This document shows positions 59,151 through 64,000 of a stretch of 64,000 bases of DNA, piece after piece. The translations under genes and the position numbers were made by a program. The notes under the pieces were generated by a model. The model had not been told where the DNA came from, made no database searches, and saw nothing but the letters and a program-made list of their open reading frames with translations. Origin of the DNA: Anthoceros angustus (Eukaryota; Plantae; Anthocerotophyta); assembly GCA_010909165.1 (NCBI GenBank), contig MU008176.1:299114-363113 (forward strand), given 5' to 3'. Every line of letters begins with the position of its first letter. Within the stretch, counting starts at the first letter, position 1.

Positions 59151-60289
59151 TCAAACACCACTCGTGAGCCGACGAATTGTTATGACAAGGCGCCGAGAGC
59201 ATGAGTTAGAATTTAAAGCATGATATTCTTTAAAGATTGGCAGCAATGTTACCCCACTCCGTCAAGCCAGCACTCCATGCACAAATTACGCCAGCTCTAG
59301 ATCTGGCAGATCAGAAGCTTGCAAACTCGGAGTTGCAGAATTTTCCAGTGTGCGAACACGAGCAGTTAGATCCATCAAGAATCTTGTTGTCTTCTCAATT
59401 GGTGTGAGAATTCGACAACTGAGAAGACAAATCCGGCAATTGGTGGTGTATCAGAATTTCCAGGAGGATACGGGTGGGGATGTGAAACGGCGCCAGTAAG
59501 AACCCATTTGGAACCGATGCCAAAATAGGCCGCGTTCACACCGGTTCAGGGGATAAATGACCCCCCACCCCACGTCGTTTTGCAGTGGGCGCGGTCGTGA
59601 TGCGCAGTGCCGGCGCCACAGGCGCTGCGGCAGCGTGATGGCGGCAAGGCCTCATTGAGCGCGCGCCTCGCCTCCTCGCGATGGGGTGCTGGCGGTGGTG
59701 TGCCCCATAGTAGTCTTCCCCATTATCAAGTATCTGCTCCTCAGGAAGAGGCAAGAGGCTCCTAGACGCCTCGGGGACGAGATCGTCTTCGGAAAAGCCA
59801 TGTTGGAAGCAGTTTGCTTTTGGGCTGGATGTGGGTGTGCAAATTGGCGGCGGCGGCCGGTCCAGCGCGAGCACGGCCCGAGGGCACCCGGCCTCTCGGG
59901 TCCATCCGCCTCAGTCGCCGGGCCTCGGCCGGCCGGGCGGCCGCGCCGCGCTGTTGCCCGTAGATGCGCCGCCTCGCTCGGCCAGCGCGCCCGCCTCCGG
60001 GTCCATCCGCCTCAGTCGCCGGGCCTCGGCCGGGCGGCCGGCCGGGCGGCCGGCCGGGCGGCCGGCCGGGCGGCGGCGAACACGAGCCCGAGGGCACCCG
60101 GCCTCCAGTCCGTCGCGCTGCGGTTCGGCCCTCCGGCTGGGCCGGAGGCCGATCTGGTCAGCGCCACGGCCTTGGGGACGAAGAAAGGATGTCTCAACCT
60201 CCACCTTGCACCAATCGTCGGGAGAGGTACGGTCCCCAAAACTCCGCATACATAGCCAAAGGCAGCGGCGTATGTTGAATAACCACTAC

Positions 60290-60640
60290 CGAGTGGGGAT
60301 GTCCTTGATGTGCATCAGAGCACCGTCTTGAATCCCATGACGCCACACCCTTGATGATGCGGCGAGGCGAGCTTCCGAAGTGTCAGCCATACAGAAGTTC
60401 CACCCAGATAGACATAAGATCGAACTACCTCGGACAAGTTCACCATTATAGTAGAACTTGAGATTGTGCTGCATCGATCCCGCACAAAGAACATGACCTT
60501 AGTCTTCTTGAGATTGACCTCCAAATCTCTTTATTTGCAGAGCGCGACATGTCCAGCTTGTTGGAGGCCGGAGGAGAGTGGGAGAGAAGGGCAATGTCAT
60601 CCGTGACACAAGAGAATAGCAATGTAGACCAAGGAAAGGA
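60290..60640 (-). mobile_element. Short RT fragment of an RTE/L1-type LINE
   Basis: LFSCVTDDIALLSHS...LEVNLKKTKVMFF...FYYNGELV...YVYLG across frameshifts. Confidence 0.7.
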
Positions 60641-60959
60641 TGCAACCAGGATCCCTCTCTTCTTTCCCAGTTCTCTTCTCTTCCTTGGCCGAGGATCCGG
60701 CACCGGAGGCCTAACGCAAAGAAAGGGCCAGGCTCCAGGGGCGAGGCTGCAGTGAGAGCCCCATCGGCCAGTGAGCTGGGGCCTCGGCCGGCCGAGGAGC
60801 GGGGACCCGGCGTCGAGGAATCGGGGGCCCGGCGGTCGACGCCCACCTCCTCCCTCCCCCCCGCCACATACCTCCAGCTAGGGAGCGGAGGTCGACGGCG
60901 AAGGGGCGGAGGCCGGCATGATTCATCTACCGGGACTCCCCCAGCTTTTGGCCTATGAA

Positions 60960-62536
60960 GGATAGGGTGCATTACACCATCCGGTGGCTTTGCAATCCGC
61001 TCATTAGTGTTTTTTGAAATCAAACTGAAGCCACTGTGGTCCATGTTGAACAATGCATCAGGCAAACTATTTCAGGTCCTTGGTCATTTGAAGCCATTGT
61101 GATGCAGTTTTTTGGGACTAATCTGAAGCATTGGCGGAACAATGTGAGGAAGGAGGCCCGAAAGTTTCTGGAGGGCAAGAAGAAAAACCCTGCCTATGTT
61201 CCGAAGAGTGTAAAACCAGAGTACTGGGAGGTGTTTTTGAGAGAGGAGAAGGAGAAGATGGATGGTGTTGTAGCCCTAGCCGCCAAAAGTAGCCGCCATG
61301 AAGAGGGTGAAGGATACGGGTAGCAATACCTCGCATGCTTGACCATGGGGGGCGCTGGTTTTCGGATAGGTTTAGAGGAATGTTTGGGAGGGAGCCAACC
61401 GTGGATGAGATCGGAGAATTTGTTACAATTCACGGAGTTGGTGGCTGCGATTTTGGATGAATTCCAAAATCACAAGTCCTTCTTTGGGTCCACAGGTTAA
61501 CTCACAGGGAGGGATTGACACCGCTATTAACGTGTGGAACCTGCTATCGAGGCGTGTTACCCAACCGATGAATGCGATGGCAAGGTCATGGATGCCATCA
61601 TGAAAAAATGTCTTAGACGATGGGTGGATGGTAGGGCACTACCTTCCTAAAGTGGCTAAGGATGTCGAGGAAGTCCCAAAGATGATTAAGGTTAGAGTCT
61701 GATGCTGTTACTTTCATCATTTCCATGTTCCATAATTTGTCTGAAATTTCTTGTTGCAGGACCTCATATTTTGGGTGTGTAAATTTTCTGTAGGATGCCA
61801 GGTTTTCTAATAGCAATGCCATGGATTTGGCCGGCTGGCTGGAGAGGTCAACTCTTGTTTTTTGCATACAAAGGAGAGGCGGAATTGCAGGTGTATGACG
61901 GTCTGAAGAATTTTACTACGGGCTTTTTACCATAGAATTTTACTACATACTTTTACCATAGAATTTTACTACGTATTATTACTATAGAATTTTCCTACAT
62001 ATTATTACTATAGAATTTTACTACGTATTATTACTTCAGAATTTTACTACGTATTATTACTTCAGAATTTTACTACATATGTACAACAGGAATTTACAAC
62101 GGGAATTTACAACTGAGCTGTCAGATTACTTAACCGTGATTAATTAACTATGGTCAACATATGATTAACCAAACCCACTCATTTAAGCTGCAGGTTAATA
62201 TCATGATTAGCTAATCTCGGTTAACTAACCATTATTTTTAACCACGATTAGGCCAGTAGTAAAGTCCATGGTTGTTCGACGGAGTAAAAACCGTGGTAAA
62301 AGGTTTGGTAGTTTACAGAGTAACTAGTATACGGTAGACTTCATTAACATACTCCGTACATAGTCCGTATAGAATATTATAGAATACAGAGTATAGCCAC
62401 CATATACGATGTACTGGACTTTACCACGGACACTAACGCTATGTGATTACTACTGCCATTTTACTACGGGAGTAGTAATGCCCGTTGTAAAGTCCGTTGT
62501 AATGTCCGTGGTAAAAGTACACTTTTCCTAGTAGTG
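60960..62536 (+). mobile_element. Right end of a CACTA (En/Spm) element: TnpA/Ptta-like ORF remnant, subterminal repeats and terminal inverted repeat
   Basis: Ends TTTTCCTAGTAGTG (reverse complement CACTACTAGGAAAA) at 62536. TTACTACG/CCGTTGTAA-type subterminal repeats occur in both orientations. ORF remnant LKHWRNNVRKEARK...KPEYWEVFLREEKEK. The left TIR was not found. Confidence 0.75.
61907..62080. repeat. Seven tandem ~26-bp units (AGAATTTTACTACGTATTATTACT..), CACTA subterminal
   Basis: Unit starts at 61907, 61934, 61960, 61986, 62012, 62038 and 62064. Confidence 0.92.
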
Positions 62537-62977
62537 TATGCACGAAACGTGCCCTAAAGTGTGTATGGCAACATGACTTGAAACCACAGTGCTAAAACCC
62601 GATGATGTGCAGCTTTGGATCTAATTCTCGAAGTGCACCTACTCCATCACGCCGCGCAAGCTACTCAAGCCCATCATCGCTGCCACCTTGCCCATCACCA
62701 TGTCGACGGTTTCCTAACCCATCGTTTGCAGGACCATCTCGCAATCATTCAAGCACACTTCCTGTCAGGACAATTGTTACACATGAAGACCTGAAGACAC
62801 ATCTTTCAGCAATCGAGTATCAAATCGAGTCACTCCATCTTGCAGTAGAGAGAATTTCTCTTAGCAATAGATTGTAGATAGTATTCTAGCATTCTACACA
62901 CCATTTAGAAGGCGTTTATGCTCGCTTTTGATCCTCTTAAGAACTACAAGAGAAAAACTGAGAAACACACAACAATC

Positions 62978-63187
62978 ATGAGTGCACCAGTCTCCACAGT
63001 AGTCAACACCACCAAAATTGAGTTCCGTGACCGAGACCGATTTAACGGAACCGATTTTGTGGTGTGGAAGATGAGGGTTACCGCTCTACATGAAGAGCAC
63101 GACCTGATGGAGATTGTTGATGGCACGCTCCCGGTGCCAGGGCCCAATTCTAATCCCGTTGGAACGCCTGATACAATCGCAGCCTAG
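62978..63187 (+). mobile_element. Ty1/copia gag N-terminal fragment, truncated by repeat X
   Basis: KIEFRDRDRFNGTDFVVWKMRVTALHEEHDLMEIVDGTLPVP, homologous to the gag at 58579-59022. Confidence 0.75.
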
Positions 63188-63194
63188 AACAAAA

Positions 63195-64000
63195 GGGACA
63201 AGTGTGGTGGGGAAAACCCCGGGGCTTCCGAGATCCTCCCACTATAGCGGCCACACTTATCCCACTGTCGCTTCGTACGTTGGGTTTCGTCCCATGAGAC
63301 TTGTGTGAAAGTTCGAGGCCTTGCGATGACCGATCGCCACCGCAGACACAACTTCTCAGCCTTCTAACAAGCAAGGCGCCTCTACTCTCCTCTTACAGCA
63401 CCACTTGCACCGCTCAAAATCACCAATCCGACCTACAACGACACAACACAATTGTGTCCAGCAAGAGGAGCCTATCACGGCGCCTGTGGACCCCCGATCC
63501 ACACCGCGATTTCCCCTACTTAAGACCACTCTTCTCCACCTGTGGAGCGCTTTACTTGCAGATTTGGGATTCTGGCCCTTAGGCTCGCCTGTGGCCTTCC
63601 ACTAACACCTACACCTCTAATCCTCTACTCATCTTCTCATCTCCTCATCCTCTTCCTCCTATTCTAACCTCGCCGGGCTTCATCGGTTTCGACTCGCCCT
63701 TACGGCACAACCGCCTGGGTCGCCTCCACCAAAGAAGTTCTTCCTTGGGCGGTTGCTATGAGTTTGACACTGACAATGAACCTCCGTGGAGTCTTTCCTG
63801 TAGTCTACCCTCAAGCCGAGAGTTCTCGGCATTTGCCACACACCCAAAGCAAAGCAATTTCACAAAGAACCATTCACAAGGGAGCAACTCGTTTAGGCAC
63901 TTGCAGGAGCAAGTCCTCCACCAAGCACTCCGACCACCGCGACTTCCTCTCTACCGAGACGTTGGCAACCGCACGAAATTCCTCCAGAATGGCAAAGGAC
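63195..64000 (+). repeat. Dispersed repeat 'X' (parts A+B contiguous), runs off the window
   Basis: Matches 48205-48580 (inverted) and 47150-47590 (direct). Confidence 0.88.

Noticed and set aside
59160-59530. 5' LTR and primer-binding site of the copia element
   Set aside because: No canonical TGGTATCAGAGC on the minus strand and no partner LTR to define TG...CA boundaries.
61907-62080. CRISPR-like regularly spaced repeats
   Set aside because: The units are contiguous 26-bp tandem repeats with no unique spacers, in a eukaryotic CACTA subterminal context with no cas genes.
1-64000. Prokaryotic origin, horizontal transfer, rRNA/tRNA genes or telomere arrays
   Set aside because: All recognisable genes are plant-type, with spliceosomal introns. 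No rRNA, tRNA or telomeric arrays were recognised.

Overview
Eukaryotic nuclear DNA from a non-seed land plant. A hornwort is the best fit (inference from ~50% GC, short GT-AG introns, dense genes, and a DYW:KP-type PPR protein, a class known from hornworts, ferns and some lycophytes). A gene-dense core (~13.8-43.4 kb) holds BET5/TRAPPC1 (-) head-to-head with DNA2/JHS1 (+), a decayed RLE-type LINE, an ANKRD13-like ankyrin gene (+), and GLDH (-) head-to-head with a PLS-E1-E2-DYW:KP PPR gene (+), a candidate U-to-C RNA editor. Both flanks are transposon mosaics: CRE-like RLE LINE pieces, a Ty1/copia element, an unclassified DD[D/E] transposase, a CACTA end and an RTE-like RT fragment. A diverged inverted paralogous segment (9.1-13.7 kb vs 41.7-46.2 kb) brackets the core. 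Each paralog shows the empty site of the other's CRE insertion, 47 bp apart. Seven tandem duplications lie outside the 21-46 kb core, most joined at short microhomologies and most with an indel-riddled copy. A 300-bp patch (19963-20264) is stitched from five local fragments through 3-11 bp microhomologies. This is either FoSTeS/MMBIR-like template switching or an assembly/consensus artefact, and the sequence alone cannot decide. All family calls are by motif recognition; no database search was run. TE boundaries are approximate.
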